64,000 bases of DNA, taken from positions 4,993 to 68,992 of the forward strand of contig UQMJ01000011.1 in NCBI GenBank assembly GCA_900542035.1, written 5' to 3'. Under the pieces are notes generated by a model that was given only the letters and a program-made list of their open reading frames with translations, ran no database searches and was not told the DNA's origin. The DNA comes from an uncultured Clostridium sp. Its GTDB lineage: Bacteria > Bacillota > Clostridia > Lachnospirales > Lachnospiraceae. Both the position numbers and the translations under genes were made by a program. Below, in pieces: positions 26,746 to 36,069 of the stretch. Position 1 is the first letter of the stretch. Each line of letters opens with the position of its first letter.

Positions 26746-27855
26746 ATGAGAAAAAAGAATTTTTGGGCCGGAATAGGAATCCTGACGGTTTGTGCAGCGC
26801 TGGGACTGGGCGGATGCCAGAGGGAAAACCAGAAGATTCCGGAAAAAACAGAAACCAGTGTAGAAGAAACTAACGGGACAGAAAGCAACGGAGAGGAAAA
26901 CGAGGAGACAGAAAACAGGGAACCAGACGCCAGCCAGAAGCCGTCTTTGGAAGCCGAAGAAAAACCGGCTGGAGACGAAACGGAAGAAGTTCTGACAGCG
27001 CCTCCCGACATTTGGCTGTCAGATTCCCTTTCCAGCAGTTATCAGCCGTTTTTGGTTTCGTGCAGTTCTTATACCTGGAATATGAAGGGCAATGAGGATT
27101 TTGAGGGAGTTGTGGCCTGCGGCGCTCATCCGCTGGAAATGAACGCAGACGCTTTGCCGCTGTATGTGACAGACTATCACCAGATAACCCAAAACCCGTA
27201 TCTGGTATCCTGTCCAGTAATGCCGGATCAGATCCGGCTGACCAGTTGGGATCGTTCTGCCCTGGGAGATGTAGAGAATTCTGCAGAAGAAATGGTTGTC
27301 TATGAACATGAGGCATTGATTGAATTGAAAGCAGGAAAGGTCTATGCGCTGACGGCTGTGTGGGAAAAAGAAGAGGAAGAGCGACGGGGATTTTCCGGAG
27401 AAGCGCAGTATGTATTTCTGACAGACAGCAGGCAGCCTGGCCAGTCAGAGCAGGAGAAACGGGTTGGGCCAGAACGCTTAGAGCCGTTAAATGATATGGC
27501 GCTTTACGTTTCGTATCCGTTTTCTTATGGAGAGAAGGAATGGGAACTTCAGAAATTTGTCCAGAAAGATATGCTGATAGATGGGGAGCTGGCAATGGAT
27601 GACAGGTGCCGTTTCGCAGTTTCTCTGACTTCAGGAGAAAGCGAGTATTGGCTTTTTGACGAGACAGTCCAGCTTGGAGAACCTCAGGCAGATGTCTGGA
27701 TTGATGCAGACGACAGGCTCCATGTGGCGCTTCGGGACAGCCGGACCGCCAGATACCAGATTACAGATTTTGTGTATAACCAGGAAACAGATGAATTTAT
27801 CGGCCGGAATGTGATTAGCGAGGATGGGATAAACTATCTGGGGACGACGGAATGA
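26746..27855 (+). CDS. lipoprotein of unknown function with acidic low-complexity linker
   Basis: RBS ACAGGAGGG then ATG at 26746. Signal peptide with lipobox LGGC, then an E/T/N-rich stretch. Confidence 0.7.
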   Translation: MRKKNFWAGIGILTVCAALGLGGCQRENQKIPEKTETSVEETNGTESNGEENEETENREPDASQKPSLEAEEKPAGDETEEVLTAPPDIWLSDSLSSSYQPFLVSCSSYTWNMKGNEDFEGVVACGAHPLEMNADALPLYVTDYHQITQNPYLVSCPVMPDQIRLTSWDRSALGDVENSAEEMVVYEHEALIELKAGKVYALTAVWEKEEEERRGFSGEAQYVFLTDSRQPGQSEQEKRVGPERLEPLNDMALYVSYPFSYGEKEWELQKFVQKDMLIDGELAMDDRCRFAVSLTSGESEYWLFDETVQLGEPQADVWIDADDRLHVALRDSRTARYQITDFVYNQETDEFIGRNVISEDGINYLGTTE

Positions 27856-27910
27856 GAGAGGATAGAAGAGGCGCTTCGGGCATATTTTTCAAAAGTCATT
27901 GATTAAGAAA

Positions 27911-27936
27911 CCGCCCCAGGTAAATACCTGGGGCGG
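27911..27936. terminator. 10-bp GC hairpin between convergent genes
   Basis: CCGCCCCAGG-TAAATA-CCTGGGGCGG, with TTTCTTAAT on the minus strand downstream of pckA. Confidence 0.75.
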
Positions 27937-27954
27937 CCGCTGTTATTATGGAAA

Positions 27955-29562
27955 TTATAACTGAGGACCAGCAGGAACTAAAGCCTTGCCGGCTTCGTTG
28001 CCTTCGTATTTAGCAAAGTTCTTGATAAATCTTGCTGCCAGATCCTTAGCCTTTGCTTCCCACTCAGCAGCATCTGCGTAAGTGTCGCGTGGATCCAGAA
28101 TGCCGGTATCTACGCCTGGAAGTTCGGTTGGAATCTCGAAGTTGAAGTATGGAAGCTTCTTGGTTGGTGCGTTTAAAATATCGCCGTTTAAGATAGCGTC
28201 GATAATGCCGCGGGTATCGCGGATGGAGATACGCTTGCCGGTTCCGTTCCAGCCGGTGTTTACTAAGTATGCCTTAGCGCCGCTCTTTTCCATCTTCTTA
28301 ACCAGTTCTTCTGCGTACTTGGTTGGGTGCAGCTCTAAGAATGCCTGTCCAAAGCAAGCGGAGAAGGTAGGAGTAGGCTCGGTAATGCCGCGCTCTGTAC
28401 CAGCTAACTTAGCGGTAAAACCGGATAAGAAGTAGTACTGGGTCTGCTCAGGAGTTAAAACAGATACTGGAGGCAGTACGCCGAAAGCATCTGCAGACAG
28501 GAAGATTACGTTCTTAGCAGCTGGAGCAGCAGAAACTGGACGAACAATCTTCTCAATGTGGTCGATTGGGTAAGATACACGGGTGTTCTCCGTTACGCTC
28601 TTGTCAGCAAAGTCGATCTTGCCGTCTTTGTCTAAGGTAACGTTCTCCAGAAGAGCGTTGCGCTTGATTGCATTGTAGATATCCGGCTCGGAATCCTTGT
28701 CCAGGTTGATAACTTTTGCATAGCATCCGCCTTCAAAGTTAAATACGCCGTTGTCGTCCCAGCCGTGTTCGTCATCGCCAATCAGCAGACGCTTCGGGTC
28801 GGTAGACAGGGTGGTCTTGCCGGTTCCGGACAGACCGAAGAAAATAGCGGTATTTTCGCCGTTCATATCGGTGTTTGCAGAGCAGTGCATGGAAGCGATG
28901 CCCTTTAATGGAAGGTAGTAGTTCATCATGGAGAACATACCCTTCTTCATCTCGCCGCCGTACCAGGTGTTTACAATAACCTGCTCGCGGGAGGTAATGT
29001 TGAACATAGCAGCGGTCTCAGAGTTTAAGCCCAGCTCTTTGTAGTTTTCAACTTTTGCCTTGGAAGCATTGTAAACAATGAAATCTGGCTCAAAGTTTGC
29101 TAATTCTTCGTCAGTTGGCTGGATAAACATATTCTTAACGAAATGAGCCTGCCATGCAACTTCCATAATGAAACGGATTGCCATACGGGTGTCTTTATTT
29201 GCGCCGCAGAATGCATCTACAACGAACAGTCTCTTATCAGACAGCTCTTTTAATGCAATTTCTTTTACAGCGTCCCAAGCTTCTTTGGAAGCTGGATGGT
29301 TATCGTTTTTGTATTCATCAGAAGTCCACCATACAGTATCTTTGGAATTCTCGTCCATAACGATAAATTTGTCTTTTGGGGAACGGCCGGTATAGATACC
29401 AGTCATTACGTTTACTGCGCCCAGCTCACTGACCTGGCCTTTTTCAAAACCTTCCAGTTCTGGCTTGGTCTCTTCTTCGAATAACAGCTCATAAGAAGGA
29501 TTGTACACGATCTCTGTGGTGCCGGTAATGCCGTACTTGGTTAAATCGATCTTTGACATCAT
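27955..29562 (-). CDS. pckA: phosphoenolpyruvate carboxykinase (ATP)
   Basis: [14 protein letters not shown]-loop, IGDDEHGW, 535 aa. Confidence 0.95.
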   Translation of the reverse strand: MMSKIDLTKYGITGTTEIVYNPSYELLFEEETKPELEGFEKGQVSELGAVNVMTGIYTGRSPKDKFIVMDENSKDTVWWTSDEYKNDNHPASKEAWDAVKEIALKELSDKRLFVVDAFCGANKDTRMAIRFIMEVAWQAHFVKNMFIQPTDEELANFEPDFIVYNASKAKVENYKELGLNSETAAMFNITSREQVIVNTWYGGEMKKGMFSMMNYYLPLKGIASMHCSANTDMNGENTAIFFGLSGTGKTTLSTDPKRLLIGDDEHGWDDNGVFNFEGGCYAKVINLDKDSEPDIYNAIKRNALLENVTLDKDGKIDFADKSVTENTRVSYPIDHIEKIVRPVSAAPAAKNVIFLSADAFGVLPPVSVLTPEQTQYYFLSGFTAKLAGTERGITEPTPTFSACFGQAFLELHPTKYAEELVKKMEKSGAKAYLVNTGWNGTGKRISIRDTRGIIDAILNGDILNAPTKKLPYFNFEIPTELPGVDTGILDPRDTYADAAEWEAKAKDLAARFIKNFAKYEGNEAGKALVPAGPQL

Positions 29563-29753
29563 ACATTTACCTCTTTTCTTTCATAGTGAAATCACGCCCA
29601 GTATCAGACGCTTTACTCAGAAGTAATCAAAAAAGCGATTCTTCTGATTGTATTATACATCATTCATAAAGAAAAGCAATAAAAAAGTTTTATTTTTAAC
29701 AATGTATTTTTACGAAAATTTAACGGTTGGTTCAAAAAAGAAAACTGGTAATA

Positions 29754-29782
29754 TTGCACAAAGATAAAAAGGATGATATAAT
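29754..29782 (+). promoter_or_regulatory. sigma-A promoter of hflK-hflC
   Basis: TTGCAC, a 17-nt spacer, then TATAAT. The ORF-track start at 29727 lies upstream of it. Confidence 0.65.
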
Positions 29783-29843
29783 GAACAACAATCCATTATT
29801 CACAAACTCAATTGGAATTACAAAAAAGATAAGGGGGAACAGA

Positions 29844-31151
29844 ATGGATTTACTAATTATCATTATCATCATTATGATCTTTGCCTCTCAAAGCGGAGAA
29901 TTAGGCGAAAAGATTAAGCGTACGTTTGATAAGAAAAAAAGCAGTACAGGGAGGCTGCGGCCAGACGCCGACTATAGTAATGTGCGTCCGGAGCAGGGAG
30001 AAGAAAAAGCTGGAGACTCTTTTGCAGAAGGAGTTTCTGATATAGATAAGAAGGAGAAAAAAGAATCTGGTTCTCAGAATAAGAAAAAAGGAGGCGCCAG
30101 AATGAAGGAAAACGGAAAGAAGAAAGAAAAAGCCGGATCCATCTTACGGGTTGCAGGGATTGCAGCGGCAGTTCTGATTGTAGCGTCCTGTGCATGGGAT
30201 TCCTTCTATATGCTGAATGAAAATACCTATGCAGTCGTAACGACTTTTGGCAGTCCGTCTGTAGTAAAGACGGCAGGCCTTCATTTTAAGATTCCGTTTA
30301 TCCAGAGAGTCCACATGATTACAAAAAATATTATGGGGATGCCAATCGGATATTCCGTGGAAGACGCTGCAGATCCGGAGGTAAGCGAAGACAACCCAGT
30401 CAGCGTTTCGAAAGAATCAGAGATGATTACCAAAGACTTTAACTTTGTAGAAGTGGATTTCTACATTGAATATCAGGTAGTGGATCCGATTCAGGCATTT
30501 ATCCATGCAGATACCTATCAGGAGATTATCAAAAATTTAGCCCAGTCCTATATCAGGGACACTGTCGGCACTTATAATGTAGATGATGTAATTACGACAG
30601 GAAAAAGCGAGATTCAGTCCAAGGTAAAGGAAAAGCTGTCTAACCGTCTGGAACAGGAAAACATCGGATATGGCATTTATAATGTAACAATCCAGGATGC
30701 AGAGCCGCCGACTGTAGAAGTAACCAATGCATTTAAAGCAGTCGAAGACGCAAAACAGGGTATGGATACGGCAATTAACCAGGCAAAGAAATACCAGTCT
30801 GAGCAGATTCCTACAGCCAATGCAAAGGCAGATAAGGTCATTCAGGATGCAGAAGCCTATAAGCAGGAAAAAATCAGCGAGGCTACTGGTCAGGCAGCCC
30901 GATTTAACGATTTGTATCAGGAATACAGCAAATATCCGCTGATTACCAAAAAACGGATGTTCTACGAGGCGATGGAAGACGTCCTTCCGGAGTTGAAGGT
31001 TATCATCAACGCTTCTGACGGAACCCAGAGTCTTCTGCCTTTAGAGCCGTTTGCAGAGATTCCATCAGGAGCAGGCGCGTCCAGCCAGCCTGACGTTTCC
31101 GGACAGACAGCAGCGCCAGATGGCCAGGCCGCACAGAATGGAGGTAATTAG
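29844..31151 (+). CDS. hflK: SPFH/band-7 protein, HflK-like FtsH modulator
   Basis: Band-7 core (YAVVTTFGSP...GLHFKIPFIQ...ITKDFNFVEVDF) and an HflK-type C-terminal coiled coil. RBS GGGGGA then ATG at 29844. There is an unusual extra N-terminal TM and a Lys-rich tract. Confidence 0.8.
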   Translation: MDLLIIIIIIMIFASQSGELGEKIKRTFDKKKSSTGRLRPDADYSNVRPEQGEEKAGDSFAEGVSDIDKKEKKESGSQNKKKGGARMKENGKKKEKAGSILRVAGIAAAVLIVASCAWDSFYMLNENTYAVVTTFGSPSVVKTAGLHFKIPFIQRVHMITKNIMGMPIGYSVEDAADPEVSEDNPVSVSKESEMITKDFNFVEVDFYIEYQVVDPIQAFIHADTYQEIIKNLAQSYIRDTVGTYNVDDVITTGKSEIQSKVKEKLSNRLEQENIGYGIYNVTIQDAEPPTVEVTNAFKAVEDAKQGMDTAINQAKKYQSEQIPTANAKADKVIQDAEAYKQEKISEATGQAARFNDLYQEYSKYPLITKKRMFYEAMEDVLPELKVIINASDGTQSLLPLEPFAEIPSGAGASSQPDVSGQTAAPDGQAAQNGGN

Positions 31152-31154
31152 TTT

Positions 31155-32033
31155 ATGAAGAAGACGGTAAAATGGATTGTCACTCCGCTGCTTCTGATTG
31201 CAGCCGTAGTCGTATTAGGTTCCAGCATGGTAACCACAACAGCAAAAGAATACAAACTAATTACCCAGTTTGGAAAGGTAGTGCGGATTTCTTCCGAGCC
31301 AGGACTCAGCTTTAAAATTCCGTTTATTCAGGAAGTACAAAGCGTTCCCAAATACAAGATGATTTCGGATCTGGTTCCCAGCGACGTTACGACAAAAGAT
31401 AAAAAGGTCATGACGGTAGACAGTTTCGTAATCTGGGACATTGTGGATCCGTTAAAATACCTTACGACCTTAAATGCCAGCAAAGAAAATGCGGAGGTCC
31501 GTATCAGCAATGTCGTATACAACTCCATTAAAAATGTTCTGGCGGCAACCAATCAGGAAGACATTATTACTGGAAGGGATGGAAAACTGGCGCTTACCAT
31601 TACCGAAAATATCGGAGACTCCCTGGACAGCTATGGAATCCGTATTTACTCGGTAGAGACCAAAAAGCTGGATCTTCCGGATTCCAACAAAGAGAGCGTT
31701 TACGCCAGAATGATTTCTGAACGGAATAACATTGCAGCCGGTTATAAGGCAGATGGAGAGTACGAATCCAAACTGATTATGAATAAAACGGATCGTACTG
31801 TCAGGGAAACGATTGCAAAAGCAGACGCAGACGCTGAAAAGATTAAAGCAGAAGGCGAAGCTGAATACATGAGAATCCTGTCAGAAGCATATAATGATGA
31901 ATCAAAGGCAGATTTCTATAATTTTGTCCGTTCTTTGGATGCGTTAAAAGCTTCTCTGGTAGGAGATAATAAAACCATTGTACTGGATGCAGATAGTGAA
32001 TTGGCCCGCATTTTAAGCGGTAATATCCAGTAA
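31155..32033 (+). CDS. hflC: SPFH/band-7 protein, HflC-like
   Basis: Band-7 core adjacent to hflK (LITQFGKVV...GLSFKIPFIQ). Confidence 0.85.
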   Translation: MKKTVKWIVTPLLLIAAVVVLGSSMVTTTAKEYKLITQFGKVVRISSEPGLSFKIPFIQEVQSVPKYKMISDLVPSDVTTKDKKVMTVDSFVIWDIVDPLKYLTTLNASKENAEVRISNVVYNSIKNVLAATNQEDIITGRDGKLALTITENIGDSLDSYGIRIYSVETKKLDLPDSNKESVYARMISERNNIAAGYKADGEYESKLIMNKTDRTVRETIAKADADAEKIKAEGEAEYMRILSEAYNDESKADFYNFVRSLDALKASLVGDNKTIVLDADSELARILSGNIQ

Positions 32034-32044
32034 AGATAAGAAAA

Positions 32045-32085
32045 CTGGCCTGTCAGAATAAATAGGCAGGCCGTTTCTTTTTCTT
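32045..32085 (+). terminator. rho-independent terminator
   Basis: GGCCTG pairs with CAGGCC and is followed by GTTTCTTTTTCTT. Confidence 0.6.
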
Positions 32086-32159
32086 CTGGTGTTTAACGCG
32101 TTGATGTGATATAATAAAAATAGTTTTTCAGATTTTAAGAAAACCCTGCGAAGGAGGAT

Positions 32160-33905
32160 ATGAAATTGAGCGAAAAGAACATTATGCTGGGAAACGAAGC
32201 GTTTGCCAGAGGAGCATGGGAGGCAGGCGTAAAAGTCTCTGCCGCTTATCCAGGAACCCCCAGTACAGAAATCAGCGAAAATCTTGCCAAATATGAAGAG
32301 GTTTATGCAGAATGGTCTCCCAATGAAAAAGTAGCTGCAGAAGTAGCCATTGGCGCTTCTATCAGCGGAGTCCGCTCCCTGGCGTGTATGAAGCACGTGG
32401 GATTAAATGTAGCGGCGGATCCGCTATACACGGCAGCCTATACCGGAGTAGGGGGCGGCATGGTTTTGATTGTGGCAGATGATCCTGGTATGTACAGTTC
32501 CCAGAATGAGCAGGATACCAGAATGATTGGACGGGCTGCCAACATTCCGGTGCTGGAGCCGTCAGACAGCCAGGAAGCAAAAGATTTTGTCAAACTGGCT
32601 TATCAGATAAGCGAAGATTATGATACTCCGGTAATTGTCCGAAGCACCACCCGATTATCCCATTCCCAGGGAGTTGTCCTGCTGGAAGACAGAGTGGTTC
32701 CGGAAGATAAAGCGTATACCAGAAATCCGGCAAAGTACGTAATGATGCCTGGAAATGCAAAGGGACGCCATCTGGCAGTAGAGGACAGGATGAACAGACT
32801 GGCAGAAGATGCGTCGACGCTTCCGGTTAACAAGGCAGAATATGGGGATTTGTCGGTTGGATTTATTACCAGCGGAATCCCTTATCAATATGTAAAGGAA
32901 GCTATGCCGGAGGCTTCTGTATTAAAACTTGGCATGGTGCATCCTCTTCCCAGAAAACTAATTGAAGAATTTGCGTCAAAAGTAGAAAAGCTATATGTGT
33001 TTGAAGAACTGGAGCCGGTATTTGAGGAGCAGATCAAATCCTGGGGGATTGAGGTAATCGGAAAAGACCTCTTTACCCGTCAGGGCGAATACAGCGCCAA
33101 TTTAATCCGGACCAGGGTGCTGGGACAGAAGATTGAAGCGGCAGAACCGGCAAAGGTTCCGGCAAGACCTCCGATTCTTTGTCCAGGATGTCCTCACAGA
33201 AGCGTTTATTCTGTATTAAACCGGTTAAAGATTCATGCAGCCGGAGACATTGGCTGCTATACTCTGGGAGCAGTCGCCCCCTTAAATGTAGTGGATACCA
33301 CAATCTGCATGGGGGCCAGTATTTCCTCTCTCCATGGCATGGAAAAGGCAAAGGGAAGAGAGTATATCAAAAACTGGGTGGCAGTTATTGGAGATTCCAC
33401 GTTCTTACATACAGGAGTCAATTCCCTGATGAATATGGTATATAACAAATCTGCCGGAACGGTTATGATTCTGGATAACTCTACCACTGGCATGACAGGA
33501 CACCAGGATCATGCGGCTACAGGAAAAACCTTAAAAGGAGAACCTACCTATGCCATCAGCCTGTATCATCTGTGCAAAGCCATGGGAATTGAGCACGTAT
33601 ACGAAGTGAATGCCTTTGACATTGATGCGCTGGCAGAAACGGTAAAGAGAGAAGTAGAGCGGGACGAGGTTTCCGTTATCATTACCAAATCTCCATGTGT
33701 TCTGTTAAAGGGAGTGACATTCCCGAACAAGTGCAGGGAAATTTCTGATAAATGCAAAAAGTGCGGACAGTGCTTAAAGCCAGGATGTCCGGCCCTTACA
33801 AAAAAAGAAGATGGAACCATTACCATTCATCCATCCATGTGCAACGGCTGTGGACTGTGTATGAAGTTGTGCAAATTCGGCGCCATTGAGGAGGTAAAAG
33901 CGTGA
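32160..33905 (+). CDS. iorA: indolepyruvate ferredoxin oxidoreductase alpha subunit
   Basis: TPP-binding 2-oxoacid:ferredoxin oxidoreductase layout. The C-terminus has two 4Fe-4S Cys motifs (CKKCGQCLKPGCP and CNGCGLCMKLC). Confidence 0.9.
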   Translation: MKLSEKNIMLGNEAFARGAWEAGVKVSAAYPGTPSTEISENLAKYEEVYAEWSPNEKVAAEVAIGASISGVRSLACMKHVGLNVAADPLYTAAYTGVGGGMVLIVADDPGMYSSQNEQDTRMIGRAANIPVLEPSDSQEAKDFVKLAYQISEDYDTPVIVRSTTRLSHSQGVVLLEDRVVPEDKAYTRNPAKYVMMPGNAKGRHLAVEDRMNRLAEDASTLPVNKAEYGDLSVGFITSGIPYQYVKEAMPEASVLKLGMVHPLPRKLIEEFASKVEKLYVFEELEPVFEEQIKSWGIEVIGKDLFTRQGEYSANLIRTRVLGQKIEAAEPAKVPARPPILCPGCPHRSVYSVLNRLKIHAAGDIGCYTLGAVAPLNVVDTTICMGASISSLHGMEKAKGREYIKNWVAVIGDSTFLHTGVNSLMNMVYNKSAGTVMILDNSTTGMTGHQDHAATGKTLKGEPTYAISLYHLCKAMGIEHVYEVNAFDIDALAETVKREVERDEVSVIITKSPCVLLKGVTFPNKCREISDKCKKCGQCLKPGCPALTKKEDGTITIHPSMCNGCGLCMKLCKFGAIEEVKA

Positions 33906-34471
33906 TGACAAAAAATATAATGATTGTAGGCGTGGGAGGCCAGGGAACGCTGCTTACCAGCCGGATTTTAGGAGGTCTTGCCACAGCAGGAGGATATGAC
34001 GTAAAACTGTCAGAAGTACACGGTATGGCACAGCGGGGCGGAAGCGTCGTAACCTTTGTGCGATATGGCGAAAAGGTGGCAGAACCTATTGTAGAAGAGG
34101 GACAGGCAGATGTGCTGATTGCATTTGAACGGTTGGAAGCGCTTCGGTATATCCAGTTTTTAAAGCCTGACGGCGTAATTGTAGTCAATGATCAGCGGAT
34201 TGATCCCATTACGGTTGTAACCGGAGCAGCGGGATATCCGGACGGGATTTTAGAAACCTTGAGAAAAACCCATACCGTTTATGCAGTAGAGGCAGAGAAG
34301 AAAGCAATGGAGCTGGGCAACAGCAGGGCGTTTAACGTCATTGTCCTGGGCGCAGCTGCAAAACACATGGATTTTGCAAAAGAACAATGGCTGGAAGTAA
34401 TTGAAAAAACCGTTCCGCCTAAAACGGTTGAGTTAAATAAAAAAGCGTTTCTGCTGGGATATGGGATGTAG
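33902..34471 (+). CDS. iorB: indolepyruvate ferredoxin oxidoreductase beta subunit
   Basis: IVGVGGQGTLLTSRILG gamma-domain motif. Overlaps the iorA stop. Confidence 0.9.
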   Translation: MMTKNIMIVGVGGQGTLLTSRILGGLATAGGYDVKLSEVHGMAQRGGSVVTFVRYGEKVAEPIVEEGQADVLIAFERLEALRYIQFLKPDGVIVVNDQRIDPITVVTGAAGYPDGILETLRKTHTVYAVEAEKKAMELGNSRAFNVIVLGAAAKHMDFAKEQWLEVIEKTVPPKTVELNKKAFLLGYGM

Positions 34472-34500
34472 AAAAGATTACATTTGGGAGAAAAAGTATC

Positions 34501-34529
34501 TTGAAATTATGATACTTTTATTGTATACT
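34501..34529 (+). promoter_or_regulatory. sigma-A promoter of the 6S-like RNA
   Basis: TTGAAA (34501-06), a 17-nt spacer, then TATACT (34524-29). Confidence 0.6.
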
Positions 34530-34536
34530 TACTTAT

Positions 34537-34740
34537 GTAAAAATTATGTGAACTTGTAACACCTGGAATGTTCGACACTCTTACGTATTTGAACCTACAC
34601 TATGACATCGGGATTCCAATATTTTCAAACGGATGTCGGGCCTCCTTTTGAGTGGATGGCAGAAGTTTGAGTGAGGTTGCCCACCTAGCTTTGCTAGGGG
34701 TCAATTAGTAAGAACCGGCATTTTGGGGTTACAAAAGAGG
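34537..34740 (+). ncRNA. ssrS: 6S RNA candidate
   Basis: No credible ORF. The 5' arm CUUGUAACACCUGGAAUGUUCG...UCUUAC pairs with the 3' arm GUAAGAACCGGCAUUUUGGGGUUACAAAAG to give a long closing helix. AUGUUCG/CGGCAU, UUUGAACC and CACCUAGCUUUGC resemble E. coli and B. subtilis 6S as I remember them. Ends are approximate. Confidence 0.6.
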
Positions 34741-34768
34741 AAAGCAGCGAGCAATCGCTGCTTTATCT
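34741..34768 (+). terminator. hairpin terminator after the 6S-like RNA
   Basis: AAGCAGCGA-GCAA-TCGCTGCTT followed by TATCT (weak U tract). Confidence 0.55.
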
Positions 34769-34836
34769 GCATATATACAAAAAATAGGCCAAACAGAGAC
34801 CAAAAATGCCTGTTGGAAGTTAAGGGGAAAACATTT

Positions 34837-36069
34837 ATGAACAGACAAAAATTTTATCACTACATCTGCTGGGGGATCACTGCATTTCTGGTAATTGCAG
34901 CCAGTATTGCATTTTGTTTTGTAATACTAAAATTCGATACGGTAAAGGGCGGATTTTCTTTGCTGGCGGATATTATGGCTCCGGTTATTTACGGCGCAGT
35001 CATGGCATATCTTTTAACGCCTATTTACAACCGGTGCGTGGCAGCGGCTGAGCCGGTATTAAAAAAATGGTTAAAAAAGGAAAAAAGCGGAAAAGCTGTG
35101 GCAAAGGGACTGGGAACCGTTGTCAGCCTGGTCGTTCTGATTGTGATTGTAGTAGGATTATTTTCCATGGTCATTCCAGAAGTGATCCGAAGCATCCAGA
35201 ATGCAGTGGCTGCTCTTCCGGAAAACATGAGAAACTTGTCAATCTGGGTATCCCAGGTTCTGGAAAATAATCCAGAAGCGGAGACAATCGCAATTAATTC
35301 CTTAAACCGCCTGTCCGAGTGGGCGCAGGGCGTGTTGGAACCTAATTTAGATAAGATTTTAGGGATTTTAGGAAATCTCTCTTTAGGGGTAATCAGTCTG
35401 TTGGTCTGGCTGAAAAATCTGCTGATCGGCGTCATCGTTATGATTTACCTTCTGAATATTAAAGATCAGTTTGTGGCGCTGGCAAAGAAAATTACCTACG
35501 GTCTCTTTTCAGTAGAATGGGCGAACCGGATTGTAAGAGAAGCTCGGTTCATTCACAAAGTATTCGGCGGATTTATTATTGGGAAAATAGTAGATTCCCT
35601 GATTATCGGAATTATGTGTTTTGTGTGCCTGTCTTTTATGAAGATGCCGTACACGCTGTTAGTCAGCGTCATTGTAGGCGTTACCAACGTCATTCCATTT
35701 TTTGGCCCGTTTATCGGAGCCATTCCAAGTGCGTTTTTGATTTTGCTGGTAAGTCCGATCCAGTGTCTGTACTTCCTGATTTTCATCCTGCTTCTGCAGC
35801 AGTTTGACGGAAACATCCTGGGGCCAAAGATCTTAGGAGACTCGACCGGTGTTTCCAGCTTCTGGGTACTGTTTTCCATCCTGCTGTTTGGCGGATTGTT
35901 TGGATTTGTAGGTATGATTATTGGCGTGCCGACCTTTGCTGTGATTTATCGCCTTACCGGAGACTTCATCAACAGCAAACTGAAAAAACGGAAGCTGTCT
36001 GTGCGGACAGAAGACTATCAGGAACTGGATTATGTAGAGGAAACAGACGGGAGCTATAAGAAATTATGA
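34837..36069 (+). CDS. AI-2E family transporter (UPF0118/PerM-like permease)
   Basis: Eight-TM profile and a conserved C-terminal region IPFFGPFIGAIPS...QQFDGNILGPKILG. ATG 34837 lies after the RNA terminator. Confidence 0.85.
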   Translation: MNRQKFYHYICWGITAFLVIAASIAFCFVILKFDTVKGGFSLLADIMAPVIYGAVMAYLLTPIYNRCVAAAEPVLKKWLKKEKSGKAVAKGLGTVVSLVVLIVIVVGLFSMVIPEVIRSIQNAVAALPENMRNLSIWVSQVLENNPEAETIAINSLNRLSEWAQGVLEPNLDKILGILGNLSLGVISLLVWLKNLLIGVIVMIYLLNIKDQFVALAKKITYGLFSVEWANRIVREARFIHKVFGGFIIGKIVDSLIIGIMCFVCLSFMKMPYTLLVSVIVGVTNVIPFFGPFIGAIPSAFLILLVSPIQCLYFLIFILLLQQFDGNILGPKILGDSTGVSSFWVLFSILLFGGLFGFVGMIIGVPTFAVIYRLTGDFINSKLKKRKLSVRTEDYQELDYVEETDGSYKKL

